Shown: piece by piece, positions 8,107-16,752 of the stretch | Position numbering within the stretch: the stretch's first letter is position 1 | How the letters are laid out: each line of letters begins with the position of its first letter | NCBI RefSeq assembly: GCF_900155475.1 | Contig: NZ_FXAM01000001.1 | Span: forward strand, 2,776,881-2,800,880 | DNA from: Methylomagnum ishizawai | Lineage (GTDB): Bacteria > Pseudomonadota > Gammaproteobacteria > Methylococcales > Methylococcaceae | Length of the DNA: 24,000 nt | Direction of reading: 5' to 3' | The notes under the pieces: generated by a model | The model's database searches: none | Told to the model about the DNA's origin: nothing | Seen by the model: only the letters and a program-made list of their open reading frames with translations | Made by a program: the position numbers and the translations under genes

Positions 8107-8125
8107 AAAATCGTCATAAAAAGCT

Positions 8126-8230
8126 GTGCGACAAAACGGGGTTGGACTCGAACCTGGGTCGCCCCAGGCTCCGGGACTTGAACCCGAGCGGTTGCCCGCC
8201 TACCTGATGTAGTCCAACCGGCATTCGCAC
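8126..8230 (-). ncRNA. Y-RNA-like module 2 (T-arm plus GNRA-capped hairpins)
   Basis: Minus-strand RNA: GUGCGA-AUGCC-GGUUGGACU-ACAUCAGGUAG-GCGG GCAA CCGC-U-CGGG UUCAAGU CCCG-GAG-CCUGGG GCGA CCCAGG-UUCG-AGUCCAACC-CCGUUUUG-UCGCAC. It has the terminal stem and a 9-bp connector. It also has a T-arm with a canonical 7-nt UUCAAGU loop and two GNRA-capped hairpins. There is no clear D-arm. Confidence 0.7.
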
Positions 8231-8242
8231 ATCAACCTAAGT

Positions 8243-8324
8243 GCGGAGGCCCGCGACAAGAATTCGGTGTGATCGCGCTATCGGAACAATCGATGTAATC
8301 ACACCGGCATTCGCGGGCCTCCGC
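8243..8324 (-). ncRNA. Y-RNA-like module 1 (simple stem-loop, YrlB-like, no tRNA-like element)
   Basis: Minus-strand RNA: GCGGAGGCCCGCGA-AUGCC-GGUGUGAU-UACAUCGAUUGUUCCGAUAGCGCG-AUCACACC-GAAUUCUUG-UCGCGGGCCUCCGC. It has a 14-bp terminal stem and an 8-bp second helix. It starts 7 nt after the rsr stop codon. Confidence 0.75.
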
Positions 8325-8331
8325 CCAACAC

Positions 8332-9894
8332 TTACAAAACCATCTCTTCGATCACGCCGGCCCAATGCGCCGCCGTCAATTGCCCGGCCGCGAACGCCGC
8401 CAGCACCTTGAACACCTCGTCGGAGAACCCGCCGATGTTCAAAATATCCCCGCGTTCCGCCGCCTGGGTCGTGCCGTAGGGCTGGATGTCGATGCAGACC
8501 AAGCGGGCCTCCGGGTTGCGCTGGCGGAAGATTTCCCATTCCTTCAAGGTGGCCGTGGCCCCATGCCGGACAGCGTCCACCCAGGATTGATTATCCGAGA
8601 CGAACACCACCAGATCGGCCCGGGCCTTTTCGCGGTTCAGCAAGGCCAAAGGAGCGCTGCAATTGGTTCCGCCGCCCCCGACCGCCGCCAGCCTTTCGGC
8701 ATTGGCCAGCACCGTGGCGCGGGCATCCAAAGCCACCGACACCACATCGGTCTCGAAGGGCAAGACCCGCGTCTCGGGGTTCTTGCGCAGCAACGCCGCC
8801 GCCACCAAGGCCGCCACATCGACACAGCGCACCGACGTGGTCGCCGATCCGCGTTGGCCCGTGACCGGGGAACGCATCGAACCGGACACGTCCGGGCAGA
8901 CCACCACCCGGCCCGCCAATTCCGGCACGTTGGCGAGCGCGGTTTCCATAGCCTGCTGCAAAGCTTCCCGGACCTGGGCGGGCACGCCTTGCCCGACCGA
9001 GCGGTAGGCCGCCAGCAATTGGTACGGGAACACCTTGGCGCGGGCGATGGCCGCCGGATCGCGCAGTTTGTCCGCCACCACCTCCGCCATGCCTTCCATG
9101 GCAAACACGCCATGCCGGGCAAAGGTGTTCAGATTCATCCGCACCATCTGCCAACCGCTACAGCGGGCGATCCGCGCCCATTGTTTGGTGTCCAGATTCA
9201 AAGCCGTCAGCATTTGGAACGGCACCTCCGGCGGTTCGCCGCCGGGGTCGCGCTTCCAGGCTTCAAAAGCCTGGGTGATGGGTGGCAAGGCCGCCGCATC
9301 GTAGGGCTTGCCGATCAACCAGGCGAAAAAGGCTTCGCGCCAGGGCTCGGCGGGCTTGGGATGCACCATCTTCACCACATCGACCAGGGAGGGCGCGTTG
9401 CCCACGGCGGCGTTCAGCAAATCCTTCTCGGAAGCTTGGTTCAGCCAGTGCTGCACCAGCTTCTTGGGCCGGGTGCCCAGGGACTTCCGGCCCACCGCGC
9501 CGCTCCGCAAAATCTGCACGAAGTTCCGCAGCATCCGGCCATTGCCGACCACCCGGTCGAACACCTGGGGCAGGAATTCCGGTCCCCGCAGGGTCAACAC
9601 CGCCGCCAACAAGGCCGGGATATCTTTCATATAACCCCGCTCGCGGCAGTAAACGGCGGTCTTGGCGATGAAGCGCGGCTCCACCTCGCGGCACAGGTCG
9701 AGGATCGTCGCCAATTGCGCTTCGGCCCCGGCGTAGAACGTGCCGTTCAGGCAGCCGGTCGCGGCGTATTGGGCCAGCCGGTGCTTGGGGCTGAAAGCAT
9801 AGGCGGGAGCGCCTTCGTGGTTACGGCCATCGGCCACCGGCAGGGCACGGCCCCGCGTGCTTTGGAACAATTGTGGATTCGCCATGGCGTTCAT
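8332..9894 (-). CDS. rsr: Ro60-related (TROVE plus vWA domain) RNA-binding protein Rsr
   Basis: 520-aa ORF. The N-terminus (NHEGAPAYAFSPKHRLAQYAATGCLNGTFYAGAEAQL) matches the TROVE/Ro60 pattern I recall. The C-terminal part (VVCPDVSGSMRSPV...GGGTNCSAPL...VVFVSDNQSW) looks like a vWA/MIDAS domain. Its position upstream of Y-like RNAs and rtcB, and divergent from rtcR, fits the known rsr locus layout. The second in-frame ATG at 9885 is an alternative start. Confidence 0.93.
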   Translation of the reverse strand: MNAMANPQLFQSTRGRALPVADGRNHEGAPAYAFSPKHRLAQYAATGCLNGTFYAGAEAQLATILDLCREVEPRFIAKTAVYCRERGYMKDIPALLAAVLTLRGPEFLPQVFDRVVGNGRMLRNFVQILRSGAVGRKSLGTRPKKLVQHWLNQASEKDLLNAAVGNAPSLVDVVKMVHPKPAEPWREAFFAWLIGKPYDAAALPPITQAFEAWKRDPGGEPPEVPFQMLTALNLDTKQWARIARCSGWQMVRMNLNTFARHGVFAMEGMAEVVADKLRDPAAIARAKVFPYQLLAAYRSVGQGVPAQVREALQQAMETALANVPELAGRVVVCPDVSGSMRSPVTGQRGSATTSVRCVDVAALVAAALLRKNPETRVLPFETDVVSVALDARATVLANAERLAAVGGGGTNCSAPLALLNREKARADLVVFVSDNQSWVDAVRHGATATLKEWEIFRQRNPEARLVCIDIQPYGTTQAAERGDILNIGGFSDEVFKVLAAFAAGQLTAAHWAGVIEEMVL

Positions 9895-9925
9895 CTCGTG
9901 ATCGTTGCGGTTACGGCTGTACTAT

Positions 9926-9941
9926 TGCAGCCGCCGTGCCA
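9926..9941 (-). promoter_or_regulatory. Sigma54 (-24/-12) promoter for rsr, the Y-RNA array and rtcB
   Basis: The minus strand reads TGGCACGGCGGCTGCA. It has the GG and GC elements at the canonical spacing of the TGGCACG-N4-TTGCW consensus. The -12 element lies about 30 nt upstream of the rsr ATG, and the sigma54 activator gene rtcR is divergent from it. Confidence 0.7.
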
Positions 9942-9959
9942 GGATTTGCGCCATTATTC

Positions 9960-9972
9960 CAACTCATTGATT
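9960..9972. promoter_or_regulatory. Possible IHF site upstream of the sigma54 promoter
   Basis: CAACTCATTGATT matches YAANNNNTTGATW, the reverse complement of the IHF consensus WATCAANNNNTTR. It lies in an A/T-rich stretch about 20-45 nt upstream of the -24 element. Motif match only. Confidence 0.35.
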
Positions 9973-10075
9973 TATCTAGCTTTCAGCCTGTTTCGGGGTC
10001 GATAAGCACTCCATCGGCTTGGCCCGGAGTCCTGGAATTTTTATACTTTAAGCTAAACTATTAGCGAAAATTCCC

Positions 10076-11668
<1,593 letters not shown>

Positions 11669-11941
11669 ACGAATGTCCGCCGGCGTCCAAAGCTTGCTTT
11701 GGACTCCCGGCCAGGGGCAGTGGAAGGTTCCGCCACAAAATCATCCAGAAACCTTCATCCTGTTGTAAAATCAACGCCTTGGATACGGGCGCCCAAGCGC
11801 TTGTTTTCCATCGGTTGGCTGGCCGCGATTCCCGTGCCGGTGTCCGGCGTTCCAACCCAAGCCCCATGTTAGCGATGACACGGGGTTTTTTATGCCCGGC
11901 GGTTCCCGCCGCTTCCCCATCACGACAACCCGACCCTATCC

Positions 11942-12577
11942 ATGACCACCATCGCTTCCATCGACGAACTCGACCGCTTCCTCTCTTCCACCGCGATGCC
12001 GGAACACGGCCTCAACCTGCACGGACTCGACGGCCTGTGCGCGGCGCTGGCCCTCGTGCCCGGCTCCGTGCCTTCCGAGCAATGGCTGGCCTGGGTCTGG
12101 GATAGCGGGGAAGGCACGCAACAGCCCGAATTCGCCGACGCCGAGCAGGAACAACGCCTCACCCGGCAAATCCTCACCCATTATGAGCGGGTCAAGGACG
12201 CCATCAAGGCGCAAAGCTTCGCGCCGCATCCCACCCCCGCCGACGGCGACGCGATTCAGAACGCGCAACGCTGGTGCCAGGGCTTCGTGACCGGCATGTC
12301 GCTGTCCCCCGACCCTTGGGACAAGCTCCTGGACCGCCACAGCGAAATGCTCTCGCCCATGCTGTTGCTGGGCACCGAGCGCGGTTGCAAAACCATCTCG
12401 CAGAGCGGCACCCGCTTCGAGGAAGTCGCCGCCGCCCTGCCCGCCGCGGTCGCCGCCCTCCACGCCCATTTCGCCGCTCAAACCAGCCCGGTACGCAAAG
12501 CCGAAGGCAAGGTGGGCCGCAACGAGGCCTGTCCTTGCGGTTCCGGCAAGAAGTACAAGAAATGCTGCGGCGCGTAA
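11942..12577 (+). CDS. yecA: YecA-like UPF0149 protein with a C-terminal SEC-C metal-binding motif
   Basis: 211-aa ORF ending in [14 protein letters not shown], the SEC-C motif. The N-terminal part ([13 protein letters not shown]...PSEWL) resembles the UPF0149/YgfB-like domain. Size and architecture match E. coli YecA. Confidence 0.75.
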   Translation: MTTIASIDELDRFLSSTAMPEHGLNLHGLDGLCAALALVPGSVPSEQWLAWVWDSGEGTQQPEFADAEQEQRLTRQILTHYERVKDAIKAQSFAPHPTPADGDAIQNAQRWCQGFVTGMSLSPDPWDKLLDRHSEMLSPMLLLGTERGCKTISQSGTRFEEVAAALPAAVAALHAHFAAQTSPVRKAEGKVGRNEACPCGSGKKYKKCCGA

Positions 12578-12586
12578 GCGGCCCCT

Positions 12587-12617
12587 AGCCCGGATTCCAC
12601 CGCGTCCCATCCGGGCT
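12587..12617 (+). terminator. Hairpin downstream of the yecA-like gene, a weak terminator candidate
   Basis: AGCCCGGAT (12587-12595) and ATCCGGGCT (12609-12617) are exact reverse complements with a 13-nt loop. Only a short GGTTTG tract follows, so the T-tract is poor. Confidence 0.3.
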
Positions 12618-12783
12618 GCGCGGTTTGTCGCATTGCCTACAATCCAGCGCCGAAGCGGGCGGACCAGCGCCGCCCCCATCGCTTAACCCATTGATTCCAC
12701 ATAAAAATATCGGCTGGCCTGGAACCTGCTGCACGCGGTTTCAGCGCCTCGGGGCGCGGTCGTGGACAACAACGGGGAACATC

Positions 12784-13338
12784 GTGAACAAGATCGGCAT
12801 TTTCTATGGCACCGACACCGGGACCACCCGCTTGGTGGCGAAGCGGATTTTCAAGGCGCTGGGGGCGGAAACCGCCGACGCGCCCAAGAACGTCAACCGG
12901 GCCGGGGTGGCGGAATTTTCCGGCTACGACGCCCTGATCCTGGGCACGCCCAGCTATGGCGTGGGGGCGGTGCCCGGCCAGGCGGTCGGTTGCGTCGAAC
13001 CCAATTGGGCGGAATTCCTGCCGCAACTGGAAGGGATGGATTTTTCCAGCAAGCGGGTGGCCTTGTTCGGGCTCGGCCACCAGGAACGCTATTCCGAGCG
13101 CTTCGCCAGTTCGCTGATCCACCTCTACCGGTTTTTCCAGGCCCGTGGCGCGGATATGGTCGGTGCCTGGAGTACCGAGGGCTATACCTTCGAGGCTTCG
13201 GCCTCCATCGTCGATGGCCGCTTCGTGGGCCTGGTGGTGGACCAGCGCTCGCAACCGGCGCTGACCGATCCCCGCATCGAGGCGTGGCTGGCGGAGGTCG
13301 GACCGCTATTGAAGGAGCGCTGCGCGGAGGCGGCGTAA
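12784..13338 (+). CDS. Long-chain flavodoxin
   Basis: I prefer the GTG start at 12784, with GGGGAA about 9 nt upstream, over the tracked 12625. The product VNKIGIFYGTDTGTTRLVAKRI...ALILGTPSYG...RVALFGLGHQERYSERF...GYTFEAS...FVGLVVDQRSQPALTDPRIEAWL aligns along its length with E. coli FldA as I recall it. Confidence 0.85.
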   Translation: MNKIGIFYGTDTGTTRLVAKRIFKALGAETADAPKNVNRAGVAEFSGYDALILGTPSYGVGAVPGQAVGCVEPNWAEFLPQLEGMDFSSKRVALFGLGHQERYSERFASSLIHLYRFFQARGADMVGAWSTEGYTFEASASIVDGRFVGLVVDQRSQPALTDPRIEAWLAEVGPLLKERCAEAA

Positions 13339-13363
13339 GCCTGGGCGCGGTAGGCCACCGCGC

Positions 13364-16300
13364 TCAGAACTCCTCCCACTTTTCGGCGGCGGTCGGCTCC
13401 ACCCGCGCCGGATGGCCCGGCGGCGGTACGGCCAGACGCCCGCCGGACCCGCCGCCGGTCTTGAAGAAACCCACCAAGCGCACCATCTCCTCGGCCTGCC
13501 CGCACATGGACAGGCTCGCTGCCGAAGTCTCCTCGGCCAGGGCGGCGTTCTGCTGGGTGATCTCGTCCATCTGCGCCACCGCCTGGTTGACCTGGCCGAT
13601 ATCCTGGGCCTGTTGGGCGCTCGCCACCGATATCTGCGATACCAACCCCCCCACCTGCCGCACCCCGGCCACGATCTCCCCCAGCATCTCGCCCGATTGG
13701 CTGACCCAGCCCACGCCGGCCCGCACCTTGTCCAGGCTGCCCTCGATCAATTCCCGGCTTTCCTTCGCCGCCTGGGCGCTGCGCTGGGCGAGGCCACGCA
13801 CCTCCGCCGCCACCACCGCGAAGCCTTTCCCCTGCTCGCCCGCCCGCGCCGCCTCGACCGCCGCGTTCAAGGCCAGGAGGTTGGTCTGGGAGGCGAGCAT
13901 GTCGATGGTGCCGATAATCCGGGCGATCTTGGCGCTGCTCTCGTTGATTTCCGCCATCGCGGCCACGGCTTGCCGCACCACCTCGCCGCCGCGCTCCGCC
14001 AACAGCCGGACCTGGGCCGCGGCCTCGTTGGCGCGGAGGGCATAGCCGGCGTTTTCCCGCACCGTGCCGGTCAGTTCGTCCATGCTGGCCGAGGTTTGTT
14101 GCAGGCTGGAGGCTTGCTGCTCCGCACGTTGGGACAGATCGTTGTTGCCGCTGGCGATTTCCTGGGAGGCGTTGTGGATGAACTCGGCGGAGCGCCGGAT
14201 TTGGCCGAACACCTCGCCGAGTCTGTCCTGGGTCCGCGCCAAATTGGCGCGGAACTCGCCATAGACCCCCATATAGGCGTCGTAGCCGGTCTGGCGGGTC
14301 AGATCGCCCTCGGCCATGCCGCGGATAACCCAACCGAAATCCTTGAACAGCGCTTCCGTATCGCCCGCCACCTGGTTCAGGCCGTCGCACAGGGTTTTCA
14401 GGAACCCGATCCCCTCCCCCGCCTCGATCCGCCGTGCCAGGTCGCCGGACCGGAATTCCTCCAGCAATTGGTTCACCTGCCGCTCTATCGCCACCTCGGC
14501 GGTGCGGTCGGCCCATTCCACCACGTTGCCGATGCGTTGGCCGTCGTGGTCGAACACCGGGTTGACCACCCCCACGAAACACCGGCCCGCCACTTCGGTT
14601 TCGAAACGGTGGGTGGTCATCAGTTGTTCCAGCAGATAACGCGAATGGGCGGGCGAACGGTCGAACAGGTCGATGCCGGTCCCCAGCAGCCGCTCGGCGT
14701 CGAACTCCGGCATCACCTTGCGTAGATCGGCCTCGGCGGCCTTGAACAAGTTCCGCGCCGCCGGATTCAGGTAGACGATATCGAAATCCTGGTCGGACAC
14801 CATCATGCCGGTGGAGGCATTGTCCAGCGCCGCCCGTATCCTGTGTCCCTCGCTGGCGAGGCGGCGCAGTTCGGCCACGTCGTAGCCGAGCTTGGTCTGC
14901 ACACAGCGCAGGGCGTTCAACACCTCGCCGCATTCGTCGTTGTGCGCCACCTCGATGCCCTGGGTGAAATCGCCCTGGGCGATCCGCATGAAGCCTTCCG
15001 AAGCCTGCCCCAAGGGCACCAACACCCGCCGCATCATATAACGCTGCACGCCGGCCGCCAGCAAGGCCAAGGCCAGGGAGGCCGCCAGCATCGCCGCGCG
15101 TTTGAACGCGAGGCGGTCGATGCGCCCGGCCAGCGCCCCGTCCAGGGCATCGCCCAAACCGGCGTGCAGCCGCAAGCCCGCCTCGATGGCCGCGCCGCCC
15201 GCTGCGGATACCTCTTCCGGTGCCAGGCCGACCGGTCCGGCCTGGGCGATGCCACGGTCGAGCAACTCCAGGAACGCCTGTTGCCGCCGTTCGCTGTTTT
15301 CGAACAGGGGCGACAGGCTTGCCCTCAAACCCGGCAACTCGCCGAACACCTTGGCCAAACCGGCGCGGTTGGCAGCCTGGGTGGCGCGCACCGATTCCGC
15401 CAAGAGCGCCAGCCGGGTGTGGTCGGCTTCGGAAATCCCCTGGCGCAAGGCCGCGGCCGTGGCCAAGCCGCGCACGAGTCCGAGGTGGTACAGGCTTTGC
15501 GGGTTCTTGAAGACCCAGCCATCCATCAGGTAGTAGGTCGCGAGTTCCGGGTCCAGGGTCAGGTTGGAGGCGTCCGAAACCTGGGTAATCAAACCCAACA
15601 GGCTGTTGAGCAGGACGTTGTGGGACTCGGGGCCGTCCACGCCCTTGGACATGGGCCAAGCTTGGCGCAGGGCTTGCCAGCGCCCCCGGAACGCCGCCCA
15701 CTGCGTGCCGCCCCAGCGGGCGGCGAGCGCGTCCACCACCGCGAGGTCGGCCTCGATCCTGGCCTCCACTTCCGCCGCCTTGGCCTTGGCGGAGACATCG
15801 CCTCCGAGCGCGGCGGCGACCAAGACCCGGTGGCGCGGCAAATCGTCCAGCAAGGCCGACAAGGCCCGGATATACACGACACCTTGGCGCTCCTGCTCGG
15901 CGAACTCGATCCCGGCCCCGATTTCCTTGAGCAGCAAACCCATGGGCACGGCCACCGCCGCCAGCAGCAAGACACCGACCAGGACACCCAAACGGCGCAG
16001 CGGCCAGCGGCCCAGGAAATTCAGCCGCCGCCACGGCGGAGTCCCGTCCCCGCCCCCCGCGTTCATGCGCCGGTACCGCGCGGCGGCCCGTTCGGCCTCG
16101 GCCTTGGATATGGCGCCGCGCACCGAGAGATAACCGATCACCTGGCCGTTTTCCCACAGCGGGGCGATATTAGCCCGGACCCAATAGAAATCGCCGTTCT
16201 TGCGGCGGTTCTTGACCAACCCGGTCCAGGGCCGCCCGGCCCCGAGGCTGTCCCACAGTTCCCGGAACACGGCGGCCGGCATATCGGGATGGCGCACCAG

Positions 16301-16462
16301 GTTATGCGGCTGGCCGAGCAGTTCGCGCTCGCCGAAACCGCTGGCGGCGATGAATTCAGCGTTGGCGTAGGTGATGATTCCCTTCAGGTCGGTCTTGCTG
16401 ACGATCATGGCACCTGGGTTCAGGACGTATTCCGTGTCCGTGACCGGCATGTTCTTTTTCAT
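13364..16462 (-). CDS. Methyl-accepting chemotaxis protein with N-terminal PAS, a large sensor region, HAMP and PAS modules
   Basis: 1032-aa ORF. It has an N-terminal PAS-like segment (IVSKTDLKGIITYANAEFIAASGFGERELLGQPHNLVRHPDMP) and a hydrophobic segment (LGVLVGVLLLAAVAVPMGLL). An internal PAS-like region follows (MMVSDQDFDIVYLNPAARNLF). The highly conserved MCP signalling hairpin is present (LASQTNLLALNAAVEAARAGEQGKGFAVVAAEVRGLAQRSA). Confidence 0.9.
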   Translation of the reverse strand: MKKNMPVTDTEYVLNPGAMIVSKTDLKGIITYANAEFIAASGFGERELLGQPHNLVRHPDMPAAVFRELWDSLGAGRPWTGLVKNRRKNGDFYWVRANIAPLWENGQVIGYLSVRGAISKAEAERAAARYRRMNAGGGDGTPPWRRLNFLGRWPLRRLGVLVGVLLLAAVAVPMGLLLKEIGAGIEFAEQERQGVVYIRALSALLDDLPRHRVLVAAALGGDVSAKAKAAEVEARIEADLAVVDALAARWGGTQWAAFRGRWQALRQAWPMSKGVDGPESHNVLLNSLLGLITQVSDASNLTLDPELATYYLMDGWVFKNPQSLYHLGLVRGLATAAALRQGISEADHTRLALLAESVRATQAANRAGLAKVFGELPGLRASLSPLFENSERRQQAFLELLDRGIAQAGPVGLAPEEVSAAGGAAIEAGLRLHAGLGDALDGALAGRIDRLAFKRAAMLAASLALALLAAGVQRYMMRRVLVPLGQASEGFMRIAQGDFTQGIEVAHNDECGEVLNALRCVQTKLGYDVAELRRLASEGHRIRAALDNASTGMMVSDQDFDIVYLNPAARNLFKAAEADLRKVMPEFDAERLLGTGIDLFDRSPAHSRYLLEQLMTTHRFETEVAGRCFVGVVNPVFDHDGQRIGNVVEWADRTAEVAIERQVNQLLEEFRSGDLARRIEAGEGIGFLKTLCDGLNQVAGDTEALFKDFGWVIRGMAEGDLTRQTGYDAYMGVYGEFRANLARTQDRLGEVFGQIRRSAEFIHNASQEIASGNNDLSQRAEQQASSLQQTSASMDELTGTVRENAGYALRANEAAAQVRLLAERGGEVVRQAVAAMAEINESSAKIARIIGTIDMLASQTNLLALNAAVEAARAGEQGKGFAVVAAEVRGLAQRSAQAAKESRELIEGSLDKVRAGVGWVSQSGEMLGEIVAGVRQVGGLVSQISVASAQQAQDIGQVNQAVAQMDEITQQNAALAEETSAASLSMCGQAEEMVRLVGFFKTGGGSGGRLAVPPPGHPARVEPTAAEKWEEF

Positions 16463-16752
16463 GGGAATGCCTGTTGAGTTGTTTCAAGTCCCCGGCCACG
16501 CCCGGCCTGGCGGCGCGGGAAGGCCCGGTCTGCTGAAGGCTAGAGCATTTTCGGTTCGGATGTACGGTCCGTCGCGCTGGGCACGGAACCGGAAAGCGGG
16601 TTCCCCCCGTCCGCGGGCCAGGATTGTAAAATCGACAAAACCGTTACCGGAGCGCCGGACCAAGCCATGGCGGAGCCGCCGGGGGAACCGCTCCCGGCGG
16701 CGATTCGGCTAAGATAGGCACCTTCCGAAAAGCCGAGACTACAGGACGCCCC

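Larger units (their letters stand above)
7581..8324 (-). repeat. Tandem array of six Y-RNA-like modules between rsr and rtcB
   Basis: Six units share a 5' GCGA(A/UGA)AUGC(C/G)G... motif and a 3' ...(C/U)UUGUC(A)(U)CGC motif on the minus strand. These pair to form a terminal stem. On the plus strand they appear as repeated CGGCATTCGC / CCGCATTCGC and GCGACAAGG motifs. An (A)CUACAU-like element follows the second helix in every unit. Confidence 0.85.

Noticed and set aside
7581-8230. The tRNA-like units as bona fide tRNA genes
   Set aside because: The element order is permuted, with the T-arm and acceptor 3' strand preceding the acceptor 5' strand and D-arm. The acceptor stem is closed by a loop, so there is no free 5' or 3' end and no CCA. 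The normal anticodon-stem position leads into a long helix. They are mimics, not decodable tRNAs.
7581-8324. A CRISPR array, suggested by regularly recurring short motifs
   Set aside because: The repeated motifs are short (about 9-13 nt), imperfect and unevenly spaced at about 85-145 nt. Pairs of them are complementary and form the closing stems of individual RNAs. There are no cas genes in the window.
7735-8539. ORFs 7735..7941(+), 7766..7978(-), 7998..8207(+) and 8237..8539(-), which overlap the rsr-rtcB intergenic region
   Set aside because: They lie across the repeated structured RNA modules. They are 68-100 aa with no codon bias and no ribosome-binding site, and their sequence is explained by the tRNA-like and Y-RNA-like helices.
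6369-10005. Antisense or off-frame ORFs over rtcB and rsr: 6369..7625(+), 6421..7590(-), 8365..10005(+), 8591..9154(-)
   Set aside because: These are the same high-GC artefact. The rtcB and rsr frames have near-complete similarity to known families.
11685-11704. The palindrome GTCCAAAGCTTGCTTTGGAC just after rtcR as a terminator
   Set aside because: It is a near-perfect palindrome, but it has essentially no loop and no following T-tract. It could be a protein-binding site or nothing, so it is not annotated.
13182-16477. ORFs 13182..16157(-, 991 aa), 14843..16477(+, 544 aa) and 12762..14045(+, 427 aa)
   Set aside because: They are extremely Arg/Gly/Pro-rich with no motifs. They overlap the MCP frame, which carries the conserved signalling hairpin, and the flavodoxin frame.
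16578-16590. A sigma54-like TGGGCACGGAACC upstream of the DUF3422-like gene
   Set aside because: It has a GGCAC core, but no GC element or TTGC at the required -12 spacing.
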